Below, piece after piece: positions 9,446 through 19,909 of a stretch of 64,000 nucleotides of DNA. Source of the DNA: a virus. The translations under genes and the position numbers were made by a program. Under the pieces are notes generated by a model. It worked only from the letters and a program-made list of their open reading frames with translations, ran no database searches and was not told the DNA's origin. Location: positions 1-64,000 of the IMG/VR virus record IMGVR_UViG_3300020469_000020. The stretch is one strand, 5' to 3'. Within the stretch, counting starts at the first letter, position 1, and each line of letters starts with the position of its first letter.

Positions 9446-12400
9446 TAGATAAATCTACGCTAACATTATAAACTAAAGACGACACATTTACAGCATCTAT
9501 TAGTTTAAGTTTATATGTGATAGTTGAATTATTACTTGCGTTATATTCAAATAGTTTTACAATTCTTTTATTTTGTATAATATTTATATCTTCAAAATTA
9601 TCAGCAACACTATCTTCACTGAAACATATTTTATTTACACCTACACCATCATCAAAAACATTTGCTTCTACCCAAACTCTTTTCTTACCTTCATCGTAAC
9701 TAGTCTTCAAAATAGATAAAAATGCATAAGGTTTAACTGCTGTTTGTTCACTTATAAAGGTAGCAGATTTTGTTAATTTTTCTCCTTCAATACTCATCAA
9801 AGAAACATAAACAGTATGTTTTCCATTACTAATAGTAGACACATCTAAATTAAAATCAAAATAATATTCTCCTATATTATTCTGATTTATTGTGGAAGGT
9901 GTAATCCAATTAGTTGGTTCATTAGAATCATCAACTTTATATCCATATTTAAATGCTGTAGGATTAGAATCAGTATCATATAATACTCTAACATTTCCAT
10001 TTCCTACCATGTGTGAATCTGGAATAACTTCAAACTTATCAAATTCAAAATCAAGAACTCTTGTAGAAATACGATAAGTTAATGATTCATTTCCGCTCAC
10101 ATCTCTTAATTTCAGATATACAAGTTTTGAACCATCAATTTGCTCTTCTGGTACTTTAAATTGTTGCGTAATTGTATTTGCACTTGTCAATGCTAATGAT
10201 TTATAATTTGATGGATTATCAGTAAATCCAATTGCATACGCTTCTATTTGTGTATCAGGATCTATGATTTCAAAAATCAACTCTCCATTGTAATAACTAC
10301 CCTGTCTAGTTAATGTTATAGGGGAATTGACGCTTTTAATTACAGGAATATTACTTGTATAAATTATATCAACTCCTGTGTTTGCCATATTACCACTATT
10401 ATCTTTTACATGTAAATATACACTATTTGAAGACAATGTGCTTATAGCAAAATTTTGCGTGTTTACAGTTTCACTTAAAGTTACTGTTGTATTTGGTGTG
10501 CTAAAGTCTTTCCAGAAAGCACTATCATGATCAATACTAGATTGTATAGTTAATGCATATTCATCTACATTAACGTCACTACTCGCACTTGCTTCAAACA
10601 ATTCAGAAGTTGGTGTGACTCTAGAAATAGAAGTAGCAGAAGATACTGTAAAGTTATTGATATTTAGATATGTACCATCATGAATATCTTTAACAATATT
10701 TGCAGTTCCTATATTATGTGCATAATCATAAACTTTTAAATCAAAATTAAACTTTTGTTTGTTTACTCTTATGTTAGAAGCTTTATCAGTTAACCAAAGA
10801 TTCCTAAATTGAGTAATACCAGGATTTGCCGAAGAGTCAGTCACTGTGTAAATATAATTATTTTTAATATATGTAGCTGAAGTTGTTGGTAAAATTACAC
10901 CTGGTGTATTATTTGTTGCTGAGTAAAATTGTATGATTGTATAACTTGAAGGAAACGATGCATATGTTAAACCTTGAATATCTAAACTTAAAGAACCTGC
11001 ACCTCCTGCTTGTTGAATTACTTCAGGATTTGTTCCTAAGTTAGAAAACATGTTTATTTCATTTGCAGGAATACCAATTATATTTCTTAAATAATTTTGT
11101 ACCTGAGTATTTTGATAAGCTAGTCCAGTATAATTACCTACTAATGCATAAGCGTTTGAAATCGTCACTCCTTGATCATCTTCAATTAACATTAAAGAGA
11201 TTTCTAAATTATTAGGTATACCGGCAGCATCTACTTGATCTAAATTAACAGAAATTGTTGGTGTTTTTAAGAAGCTTGGTGTATTAATAGGAACTGTATC
11301 TACCAAGGTTTGATTTTTATACAGTTCATAATGGGAAATACCAACTGCATCTGTTGCGTTAACATTAAATTCTACACTATAATTATTTAAACCAGTTATT
11401 GGACGAATTTCTTTAATACTGAAGTTTGAAACTGTAGGTGCTGTATTATCATAATAGAATTCATGCGGAACTCTTACTTTATTTTCAAAACTATCAGAAA
11501 CAGTTAGATAGATTGTATGTTCTCCATCTGTAAGTGTAGAAAGAGTTGCTGAGAAAGTATTAGTATCATTTGTGATATTATTAGCGGGATCGTATGTCTT
11601 AATTGTAGTTAAAGAAGAATTGTCTATTTCGTATTCTAACTTCTTTAATGCGTAATCATCTGATACGATATATTGGAATTCATTATTAGAGTTATTCAAA
11701 TAATACTTTGAAATAGTACTTGTTGGTTTAAAGTATGCAGCAACTGGAGCAATCGCATCAATATAAATGCTTGTGTTTGCTTTTAGAGAAACATTTCCTG
11801 CAGCATCTGTTGCTTGGAAGTAAAAATATTTTGTACCATTATCTTGAACTGATATTTGTTCAGTTTCTGTAAATAATACAGGAGTGTTACCAACTACAGG
11901 TGCACTAGGTACAGCAGTATAAACTTTTTCTGAATTATTTTGTGAAATATAATAAGTATCTAATCCAGAAGTAACATCGTAAGAATGTGCATTTAATACA
12001 ATATCATATGTGTTTATACCTCTTGTAATAGAGTTAACTGCAAAATCAGTAACTACTGGAGCAGTTTTATCATATATAATAGTTTGTGCGCTATTTGCTA
12101 CATTTTGACATGCATCTTTTATAAAAGCATATACATTACAAGTACCCTCTGTAAATCCTAAAGCTTCTAAGTCTAAACTAAATGTTGATATAATAGATGA
12201 CGCTGGTGAGAAAGGTATTGTTGTCCAACCACTGCTATTCCAAGTTTTATTTGCTGTAGCTGAAAATAAACTTTCTGTCACGCCAGTATCGTCAGTTAAA
12301 CTCATTCTCACAAAAACATCTTTACTTGTAGTGTATTGAGCACCATTATTAATTAATGTATATACAATTGTTGGTGCGTTATTTTCTAATACAACATTGA

Positions 12401-15400
12401 AATTGGAATTAGCAGAGACATTTTGAAGTCTATCAGTGACTGTAGTAACAACTTTTGTGCTACCATAATTACCCACAGGAACATATAAAATATCTGTATA
12501 ATTATTTGCCGTATCGTAAGTAGGATAAGTTTTTCTTACTGTATTATATGAAGTTCCTCCAGCTTCATATACAACATCTTTATAATTTACACCTGAATAA
12601 TTATCTGTAAAAGTAACATTATGATGTATAGCAAAATTTTCAACTCCACTTAGTGTTACTCTTTCTATATTATTTAAAAATGATGTTGATAATGTAGGCG
12701 CAGTTTTATCATATTCTATATTTGTTCCTGATATACCGATATTTCCAAATCTATCTTTTACGTGAATATAAAATATAGAATTGCCTTCTACAAATCCTAA
12801 AGTATCTAAATTTACAACGTCATTTGCAGAAAGTGTTTGCGCCGGAGTTGATAGTACACTCCAACTATTACTAGTTGCTGAGTTATAAACTTCATTATAA
12901 TTTGAAGAATATTTGTAATGAGTTATGTTTGAAAAATCATTACTATCAAAAAGAACATTTACAGAAGGTGTATTTGTTCCATAATCACTAGAATTAAATG
13001 TCTGATTTCCATTGAAAACTACATTTGCAATTGTTGGAGCATTTCTATCTAAAGCTATATTAGAGAAAGTATTTGCAGTTGAAACATTACCTAATAGATC
13101 TATTAATTCAAATTTTACATCTAGTAAGTTTGCTGTATGTGTTCCATCTACTCTTAAATTAATTGTTTCATCTAAGTTATTTGTAACAGGAACTGTATAT
13201 GAAACAACAGTTTGTGCTGGATGAGTTGTTAGAGTTGCTTTTATTGTTCTTATTCCACTTGCAGCATCCGTACCTAAAATTTTAAATTGTAATATGTAAT
13301 CAGTATTATCAGCAAAACTTCCTAAAAATTGTGTGTTTGATATAACAGGACCTGCACTTTCAAACGCTTGTGTTGTCACAGTTTGAGCACTTGTATATCC
13401 ATAATCAGAAACAGCTTTTACTTTAAACGATGCATTAGATTCTGTTAAAGGAAAGTTATAATAAAAAGTACCAACAGCATTTGGAATATTAGGTTGTATA
13501 TCAATTATATAATTGTCTAAGTTTGCCGAACCTACTTCATTAACAATAACTTCTAATTTATCAACAGCAGAACCTGAAGCCGCAGCTACATCATAAGAAA
13601 CTTCAACATTACTTCCACCCAAACTATAAACAACATTTGCTATGTTTACACTATTGATTGTTGGTGGAACTGTAGTGATTGTTTTATATTCTGTATTTTG
13701 TATTTCATTATCAAAGAAATCTTTTATTTTCCATTTAAATCCAGGATATGAATCTGTTCTAGGAACAGTAAAACTTGTATTAGCTGTATAAGAAGTTTGT
13801 CCTCTAGGTATGTCACTCCAAGTATATGGTTCTGAACTTCCAAGATACCAAAATTTATATTGATATAATTCTTGATTATCTGTCATATTCAAATCAAAAT
13901 TCATATAATAATTTGTAAAATCAGAGGAAATACTTGAAAGATATATGTTTGCAGTTGGGTCTTGATTGTCTAAATTAAAATTTAAATAGTAAGTATTTGA
14001 AACATTATCAAAAGTATCTTTATATTGAACATTAAATGATTTTGGTCCAGCGGATAATCCTATTGGTAAAATTAAATTTTTATTAAAAGATTGTACAGGT
14101 GGAACAATTGCAACTTCTGTTCCTCCATCTATTTTATAGGATTTTACTTTTCTGTTATCAAAAGCATAAAGGGCAACATTTGCATTATAAGTAGAATTTG
14201 CTTTTTCTACACCAGCAAGATCTATACCTCCAACAGTATTAATTGAATCTAAATCATATTGCAGATTATATATAGGACTAACATTTTTATAGATATCCGC
14301 AAGTCTTAGATAAAAATCATGTCTTCCTGTGCTTGTTCTGGGTAATAAGACTTGTTGAACTTCTGAAATAGAAGTATTTGGCGTTGTTATTTTTTTCCAA
14401 TTTATTATTGTAGAATCATCTGTTTCTAATGAATACCAATAAACATTATCATTTGGATCGGTGCCTGTAAGTTGGAAATCAAGAGTAAAGCTATTTGCTG
14501 TTAAACCTCCTCCAGCAAATTGAATACTACCAGTTGGTGCTTGTTGATCTACTTGAATTGGAATTGTTCCAATATTACTATAATTTCCAAATAAATCTTT
14601 AACTTGTACTAAGAAATTTTTAGATACTCCAACTTCTGAAATAGGTATATCAAGATATACATTTTTATCTAATGAAATAGTTTTAGTTACATTAACCCAA
14701 CTTTGTGTTGTAATATCATCAAATCCTATTCTATAAGCAACAATACCTTTTGCATCCGTTGCATTAAAGTCCGTAAATATTCTGTAATTATTAGAAGTTT
14801 TGATAGCGTCACTGTATGTAAACGTATTCAGTACAGGAGCGGTTTTATCAAACAATATATTTGTTGTTCTAATCGGACTTTCATTACCAAATAAATCTTT
14901 AACTTGAAAATAAAATGTTAATCCATGTTCTGTTTCAGAAGCAGGCACAACAATTGGTTTTATTTCAGAATAATTAGTATTACTTGAAGTTAATCTTACC
15001 CAAGAATTAGATTGACCAGATATTATATTACCAGAATTATCATTTATACCATATAACTTTATATAATTTACACTTGTGTCGTCACTAGCAATAAGATTAA
15101 AATATGCATTATAATCATTGTCTGATCTTAATTCACCACGATCAAACGAAAAATTACAATCAGGATTAATATTGTCAATATTAATAGTAAGGTTATATAC
15201 TGGTGATAAATTACCTGAAAAGTCACGATACTGTACATACATTATTTTTTGACCATTTGGTCCTAAATTAAGAGTCTCATACTTATCAAATATTTGCGTA
15301 GGAGAACTCAAAACATTCCAATTAGGAGCCGATGCGCTTACAAAATTATGAGAGTATGCTGCTATTTGTCCAGCGTCAGAAGCTGTAAAATGAATATTTG

Positions 15401-16382
15401 CATAATAATTACTTCCCGTTTTTTCTGCATAATCTAGATTAACATTACCAACTGGATTTAGTTTGTCTAAATCAAAGGTTACACTTTGAGTAACCGATTC
15501 GTTTAGATAGTTATCTCTGACTGTTCCATATATAGTTTTGATTCCAGCAGTTTCTGTTTTAGGAACAGTTAATACATGAGTAATAACTCCTGGAGAATTT
15601 AAAATATTAATCGCATTATAATTGGGTGTTGGATTTTCGTAATTAATTGAATATGAAGTGATATCTTGAAACGCATTAAATAATGTAGTCAATTCAACAG
15701 TAATTTGATAATCAGTTGAAGTTTGTACTATTTGCGTAACTTTTAAATTAGATATGGTTGGAGGAGTATTAGTCAGAAAAACATTTATAGGTACGCTTGT
15801 TCTAACTGAATTGCCAGAATAATCTGCATATATCAAATCAAATTGATGAGTTACATTATTAAAAGAAGATGGTACAACTATACTTTGTTGTGCTCTATAA
15901 TCCTGAGTGCTTGCAGGTATAACTATTTGAGATTGTGTACTGTTTGATAGATTTTCAATAGTTGTTGTAGAAATTCCACTATCATCAGATAGGTCTATAT
16001 CAAATATTATTAGATAATCATTTGATGAATTTCTATCAATTCTATTTAAAGCAAAATTATTTAATACAGGATTTGTTAAATCTAAGAAATTATTAGAACC
16101 AACACGAATACTCTCTCCACCAGCATTGAATACTTCAGTTTCAAATAAATGAAACCCAAGTCCATACGCATAAAATGGATATGTTATAGCAGAATATGTT
16201 GTGCTTTGATCTGCAGGAGCAATATTTTGATCAACACCATGAACTACACCGTCAACATATTGCTTGTATTTAATTATATTTGTAGAACTGGTTACGTTTA
16301 AATTAAAATATAATTGAAATTGTGAAGGTGTTGTCGTTACTATCTGTACATTATTTAAAGTTAAAGTTGCTGAAATTGCCAT
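9435..16382 (-). CDS. Giant Ig-like repeat virion protein (about 20 repeats)
   Basis: 2315 aa; ~105-aa repeats with D-x-x-x-P...D-x-x-G-I/V-x-x-Y...D-x-x-G-N-x-S signature. Confidence 0.85.
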   Translation of the reverse strand: MAISATLTLNNVQIVTTTPSQFQLYFNLNVTSSTNIIKYKQYVDGVVHGVDQNIAPADQSTTYSAITYPFYAYGLGFHLFETEVFNAGGESIRVGSNNFLDLTNPVLNNFALNRIDRNSSNDYLIIFDIDLSDDSGISTTTIENLSNSTQSQIVIPASTQDYRAQQSIVVPSSFNNVTHQFDLIYADYSGNSVRTSVPINVFLTNTPPTISNLKVTQIVQTSTDYQITVELTTLFNAFQDITSYSINYENPTPNYNAINILNSPGVITHVLTVPKTETAGIKTIYGTVRDNYLNESVTQSVTFDLDKLNPVGNVNLDYAEKTGSNYYANIHFTASDAGQIAAYSHNFVSASAPNWNVLSSPTQIFDKYETLNLGPNGQKIMYVQYRDFSGNLSPVYNLTINIDNINPDCNFSFDRGELRSDNDYNAYFNLIASDDTSVNYIKLYGINDNSGNIISGQSNSWVRLTSSNTNYSEIKPIVVPASETEHGLTFYFQVKDLFGNESPIRTTNILFDKTAPVLNTFTYSDAIKTSNNYRIFTDFNATDAKGIVAYRIGFDDITTQSWVNVTKTISLDKNVYLDIPISEVGVSKNFLVQVKDLFGNYSNIGTIPIQVDQQAPTGSIQFAGGGLTANSFTLDFQLTGTDPNDNVYWYSLETDDSTIINWKKITTPNTSISEVQQVLLPRTSTGRHDFYLRLADIYKNVSPIYNLQYDLDSINTVGGIDLAGVEKANSTYNANVALYAFDNRKVKSYKIDGGTEVAIVPPVQSFNKNLILPIGLSAGPKSFNVQYKDTFDNVSNTYYLNFNLDNQDPTANIYLSSISSDFTNYYMNFDLNMTDNQELYQYKFWYLGSSEPYTWSDIPRGQTSYTANTSFTVPRTDSYPGFKWKIKDFFDNEIQNTEYKTITTVPPTINSVNIANVVYSLGGSNVEVSYDVAAASGSAVDKLEVIVNEVGSANLDNYIIDIQPNIPNAVGTFYYNFPLTESNASFKVKAVSDYGYTSAQTVTTQAFESAGPVISNTQFLGSFADNTDYILQFKILGTDAASGIRTIKATLTTHPAQTVVSYTVPVTNNLDETINLRVDGTHTANLLDVKFELIDLLGNVSTANTFSNIALDRNAPTIANVVFNGNQTFNSSDYGTNTPSVNVLFDSNDFSNITHYKYSSNYNEVYNSATSNSWSVLSTPAQTLSANDVVNLDTLGFVEGNSIFYIHVKDRFGNIGISGTNIEYDKTAPTLSTSFLNNIERVTLSGVENFAIHHNVTFTDNYSGVNYKDVVYEAGGTSYNTVRKTYPTYDTANNYTDILYVPVGNYGSTKVVTTVTDRLQNVSANSNFNVVLENNAPTIVYTLINNGAQYTTSKDVFVRMSLTDDTGVTESLFSATANKTWNSSGWTTIPFSPASSIISTFSLDLEALGFTEGTCNVYAFIKDACQNVANSAQTIIYDKTAPVVTDFAVNSITRGINTYDIVLNAHSYDVTSGLDTYYISQNNSEKVYTAVPSAPVVGNTPVLFTETEQISVQDNGTKYFYFQATDAAGNVSLKANTSIYIDAIAPVAAYFKPTSTISKYYLNNSNNEFQYIVSDDYALKKLEYEIDNSSLTTIKTYDPANNITNDTNTFSATLSTLTDGEHTIYLTVSDSFENKVRVPHEFYYDNTAPTVSNFSIKEIRPITGLNNYSVEFNVNATDAVGISHYELYKNQTLVDTVPINTPSFLKTPTISVNLDQVDAAGIPNNLEISLMLIEDDQGVTISNAYALVGNYTGLAYQNTQVQNYLRNIIGIPANEINMFSNLGTNPEVIQQAGGAGSLSLDIQGLTYASFPSSYTIIQFYSATNNTPGVILPTTSATYIKNNYIYTVTDSSANPGITQFRNLWLTDKASNIRVNKQKFNFDLKVYDYAHNIGTANIVKDIHDGTYLNINNFTVSSATSISRVTPTSELFEASASSDVNVDEYALTIQSSIDHDSAFWKDFSTPNTTVTLSETVNTQNFAISTLSSNSVYLHVKDNSGNMANTGVDIIYTSNIPVIKSVNSPITLTRQGSYYNGELIFEIIDPDTQIEAYAIGFTDNPSNYKSLALTSANTITQQFKVPEEQIDGSKLVYLKLRDVSGNESLTYRISTRVLDFEFDKFEVIPDSHMVGNGNVRVLYDTDSNPTAFKYGYKVDDSNEPTNWITPSTINQNNIGEYYFDFNLDVSTISNGKHTVYVSLMSIEGEKLTKSATFISEQTAVKPYAFLSILKTSYDEGKKRVWVEANVFDDGVGVNKICFSEDSVADNFEDINIIQNKRIVKLFEYNASNNSTITYKLKLIDAVNVSSLVYNVSVDLSNVN

Positions 16383-16434
16383 ATCTATTTAATCAATTTT
16401 TTATAAGTTTTTTTATTGCAGAGAATGTTTAATT

Positions 16435-16442
16435 TATTTATG
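16435..16442 (-). promoter_or_regulatory. Putative late promoter (CATAAATA)
   Basis: Intergenic, about 50 nt upstream of the ATG at 16382. Confidence 0.55.
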
Positions 16443-16459
16443 TTATAAATCATGGTATA

Positions 16460-19400
16460 CTATGGAGTTAGCGTAAGTATTATTTCTTTATATGCTATCA
16501 CTATTCCAGATGAATTTCTTATTTTTACAAAAGTAGAAATTGTATTTGTTCCCAAGTTGTAAACTTCGTCATTATCTAGTAAAACATCAAACACCGCTTT
16601 TTTACGATTTCCTACAGATATTAAATCATTATATAACATTGGTACACTTGTTCCAGCAGGATGTACTGAGTTAGCAGATTTTGAGTAGAATATTGCTGGA
16701 GTAGAATCTTCAGGTTCTATGTCAAATGTTAGTGTACTTTTGTATTTAGTGAAAACAGAGGTGATGGCATTTACAATATCTGAAGAAGATGCGCCTAATC
16801 CTAATGTTTCTATTGCGCTACCAAAATTAGCAGTATCTGCCACCGCTTTTCTTAAATTATCTTTATCTATAGTAGGTCCTCCACCATAATCTTTACCAGC
16901 ATCAAAAACTAAAAATGCTATTTCATTGTCTATCAATAGCTTTATGAAATAATTAGCACTAGAAGAATTTGTATATGTAGAAGCAGAACTTCCAGTTGAT
17001 CTATTTGTAGGAGGTCCATCTGGTTCATCAGAATATAGAAGTATCATTCGTAAAGCACCTGCTCTCCATGAACCAACAATATCTGAGTTTGCTATTTTTG
17101 CAACCGCTTCTATTTTAGGTTCCCAACCACCTGCTCCACTGTCTTTATATTTTGCAACTGCGGTATCAATTAGAGATTTATCTGATGTCCAATCTTGTGC
17201 AGTTTCTATACCTGCACTACCTGGATTCCAGAACCACACAACAGAATATCTTGCATCAGTAGTATTTGTAGCAGTGTTTTTAGAAAACTCTGCAATAGCA
17301 TCCAGAGATTGTGAAAGAGTACTATACATTGCGTTTGAAAATCCAGGAACATAACTTCCTGAACGGTCTATACAAAGAGCAGCATCAACAGCTAACGATA
17401 CTTGGTCAACAAAAAAATCTATGGTGAATAGTGTTGTTCCACCAGGGTCACCAATTGGCACAGGTACTGTGATTGGTGGTCCTTGCACAGGTGGTAATAT
17501 TGTACCTTGTTTGAATATTCTGTATGTTGCACTAATTGAAAAGCCAAATGATGAAAATCCTAAGACAATATAAACACCAGCATTAGCAAAGTTAAAACTG
17601 GTTATAATTCCTCTAGATGGATCATAAGTAAATGTCTTATTTTGAATTGGTCCGCCCCCTTCTGGTATAAAATCTATATACCATGTAACTTTATCATCTA
17701 TAATATTATCATTCTGTGCAACATGACTTGTTGGCACATTGCCTGTATCAATATCAAGTGTTAGTACAATATCTCTAATATCACCTTCATATTGAGGTAT
17801 ATTCATATTAACTGGAGCACTAAGTGGTGCAGAAACAGGTTGTATTCTTAAATCACTTATTCTAGGAACTTTACCAAGAAAATCAGAAAATTTCAAAGGA
17901 TTATTTGCTGCTGGCAAATTTTCATTAGCATCATTATTACTGCGGTTTATTACTCTTAATCCTCTATATTCACTTAATTTATGTACTCTATTTTTTATAA
18001 CTTCGGCTGTCTTTGAAGAAATAAATCCAGTATGGAAAACTCCATCTCCAAACATAGAAGCTATTGTTTCTCTTAATGGATGCTCATTAGTTTTACCTTC
18101 AAATTTGTAGACAAATCCACTAGCGGTTCCTAATGTTGGTACAGTATATGCTGGATTGTTTAAAGTTACCTTAACTTTATTTTTAGATAGATTTCCTACA
18201 CTATCAACAGCCCATATATAAATTGTTTTTGGAGAGTTTGGTCTATTTAATTTGACTGTTTGACTAAAATTATAAGATGTACTAGGATTAGACCTTACAT
18301 TCCATATACCAGGATTTGTCGGAGTATAAGCAGGTTCTCTTCCGAAATTAGTAATAACCCATCTTTCCACATTAGTCATATTATCTGTTAATGTTCCAGT
18401 AATAGTAATATCATCGGCTGTTACTTCAGACGGTCTTGTAAATGTTTGATTTGGTGCTGTACCTGTTACTGTACATGTTTCATTTACATTACTACTATCT
18501 TTTACTTTTACATTACTTGCTGTCGGTCCTTCAAAGTCATTTATATAACTTATCTGCATATTAGCTGAAAAAGTTTGTGCGGCTCCTACGCTTGAATAAG
18601 TTCCATTATATGCCATTGTAGCAACCCAAAGATATACAGTCTTTGATCCAAATGATGTAGGAGAAAAACTGTAGGGATCTGTGCTATCTATAGCCATTAC
18701 ACCTTTTGGAAATACGTTCCAACCTACCGAAGCTGTATCTTCATAATTATTAGTTGTTGCATTAAATTGAGGAGGTGCGCCAGGAGAGGATGAAGATTCT
18801 GTTATTTTATAACCAATAATTAAATCACCGTTAGTTGTTGTAGCACCGCTAATCGTTATGTCTCCAGCTAAAGCAGTTACCTTGTAATAATTTTCTACAG
18901 TGTTAGTATAACTTCTTGAGTCTTGTTCTATTATAGTTAAATTTGTAGGATTAGTAGCACTCATAGTGCTGTAATCTAAAGCAGAAAAAGTAAATTGTTT
19001 CGCAGCAAAAGAAGGTGGATTTCCATCAGTAATGAGATACATGGTTGCCATGTCCACATTAGTATCTGGAACAATCATTGAAAAATTTTGATCAGAAATG
19101 GCCTGTGAACCAACAGTTGTATCAAAATCTGTTGTTAATGGAGCGTAGTATAAATTTGCTGTTGGATAGAATCCCGATATCAAGTCTGGTGATGTTGGTG
19201 TGATTTCTGCTTTGTAATATCCATCAACTTTAAAAGGTGACTGTAGTGAGCGACTTCCAGAAAGAGATATCCAATTTATTGTTTGACTAGACCTTGTTAT
19301 ATTAAAAGAATTATCTACAAAGTTTTCAGCTTGATCGTATGACTTAACGCTAACTGTTATTGCACCTGCTGTGCTTCCTATATCAACGCTTTGATTTATA

Positions 19401-19849
19401 GTATATGTATTTGGATTTACATAATTTGTAGATAATGTTACTTTTGAGTTTGAGCTTCCATGAGTGTAATAAACAACTCCGGAAGTTGCATCAGTTACTT
19501 CTTCAATGACATATAGATAATTTTGAGCATATTTGGTGAACCCACCTGCATTTAATTTTTTTACGATAGTTGGATCATCATTATCTATTTTAAAATCAAC
19601 ACGAAAAAATGCTGAACTATTTAATGCTTTATCTTGTACTCCATAATGAAGATAATAATCTGAATTGTTTGCTAACGTAGATATATTGGGTAAGGCATCT
19701 GGCTTTGTACTTAAATCAAAAATTACACATTGTGTTTCCGCAATGTCAGTATACACAGCACTTGGAGTAGAACTTGAAGAATATTGAATATATTCTTTTA
19801 TAATACCTGAACCTCTAGGATTAGATCCGGTTCCTCCTCCTACTGCCAT
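16460..19849 (-). CDS. Ig-like repeat protein with C-terminal VWA adhesin domain
   Basis: Ig repeats (QDKALNS, YDQAENF, AVDSVGNLS); MIDAS motif LCIDRSGS followed by WRAGALRMILLYSDEP. Confidence 0.8.
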   Translation of the reverse strand: MAVGGGTGSNPRGSGIIKEYIQYSSSSTPSAVYTDIAETQCVIFDLSTKPDALPNISTLANNSDYYLHYGVQDKALNSSAFFRVDFKIDNDDPTIVKKLNAGGFTKYAQNYLYVIEEVTDATSGVVYYTHGSSNSKVTLSTNYVNPNTYTINQSVDIGSTAGAITVSVKSYDQAENFVDNSFNITRSSQTINWISLSGSRSLQSPFKVDGYYKAEITPTSPDLISGFYPTANLYYAPLTTDFDTTVGSQAISDQNFSMIVPDTNVDMATMYLITDGNPPSFAAKQFTFSALDYSTMSATNPTNLTIIEQDSRSYTNTVENYYKVTALAGDITISGATTTNGDLIIGYKITESSSSPGAPPQFNATTNNYEDTASVGWNVFPKGVMAIDSTDPYSFSPTSFGSKTVYLWVATMAYNGTYSSVGAAQTFSANMQISYINDFEGPTASNVKVKDSSNVNETCTVTGTAPNQTFTRPSEVTADDITITGTLTDNMTNVERWVITNFGREPAYTPTNPGIWNVRSNPSTSYNFSQTVKLNRPNSPKTIYIWAVDSVGNLSKNKVKVTLNNPAYTVPTLGTASGFVYKFEGKTNEHPLRETIASMFGDGVFHTGFISSKTAEVIKNRVHKLSEYRGLRVINRSNNDANENLPAANNPLKFSDFLGKVPRISDLRIQPVSAPLSAPVNMNIPQYEGDIRDIVLTLDIDTGNVPTSHVAQNDNIIDDKVTWYIDFIPEGGGPIQNKTFTYDPSRGIITSFNFANAGVYIVLGFSSFGFSISATYRIFKQGTILPPVQGPPITVPVPIGDPGGTTLFTIDFFVDQVSLAVDAALCIDRSGSYVPGFSNAMYSTLSQSLDAIAEFSKNTATNTTDARYSVVWFWNPGSAGIETAQDWTSDKSLIDTAVAKYKDSGAGGWEPKIEAVAKIANSDIVGSWRAGALRMILLYSDEPDGPPTNRSTGSSASTYTNSSSANYFIKLLIDNEIAFLVFDAGKDYGGGPTIDKDNLRKAVADTANFGSAIETLGLGASSSDIVNAITSVFTKYKSTLTFDIEPEDSTPAIFYSKSANSVHPAGTSVPMLYNDLISVGNRKKAVFDVLLDNDEVYNLGTNTISTFVKIRNSSGIVIAYKEIILTLTP

Positions 19850-19895
19850 TTTTTCTCTTTTAAATAATTTTTTAAATTGATGCTAAACATAAGAT

Positions 19896-19903
19896 TATTT
19901 ATA
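19896..19903 (-). promoter_or_regulatory. T4-type late promoter TATAAATA
   Basis: Exact consensus in the 60-nt gap upstream of 19849. Confidence 0.7.
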
Positions 19904-19909
19904 CTGATT

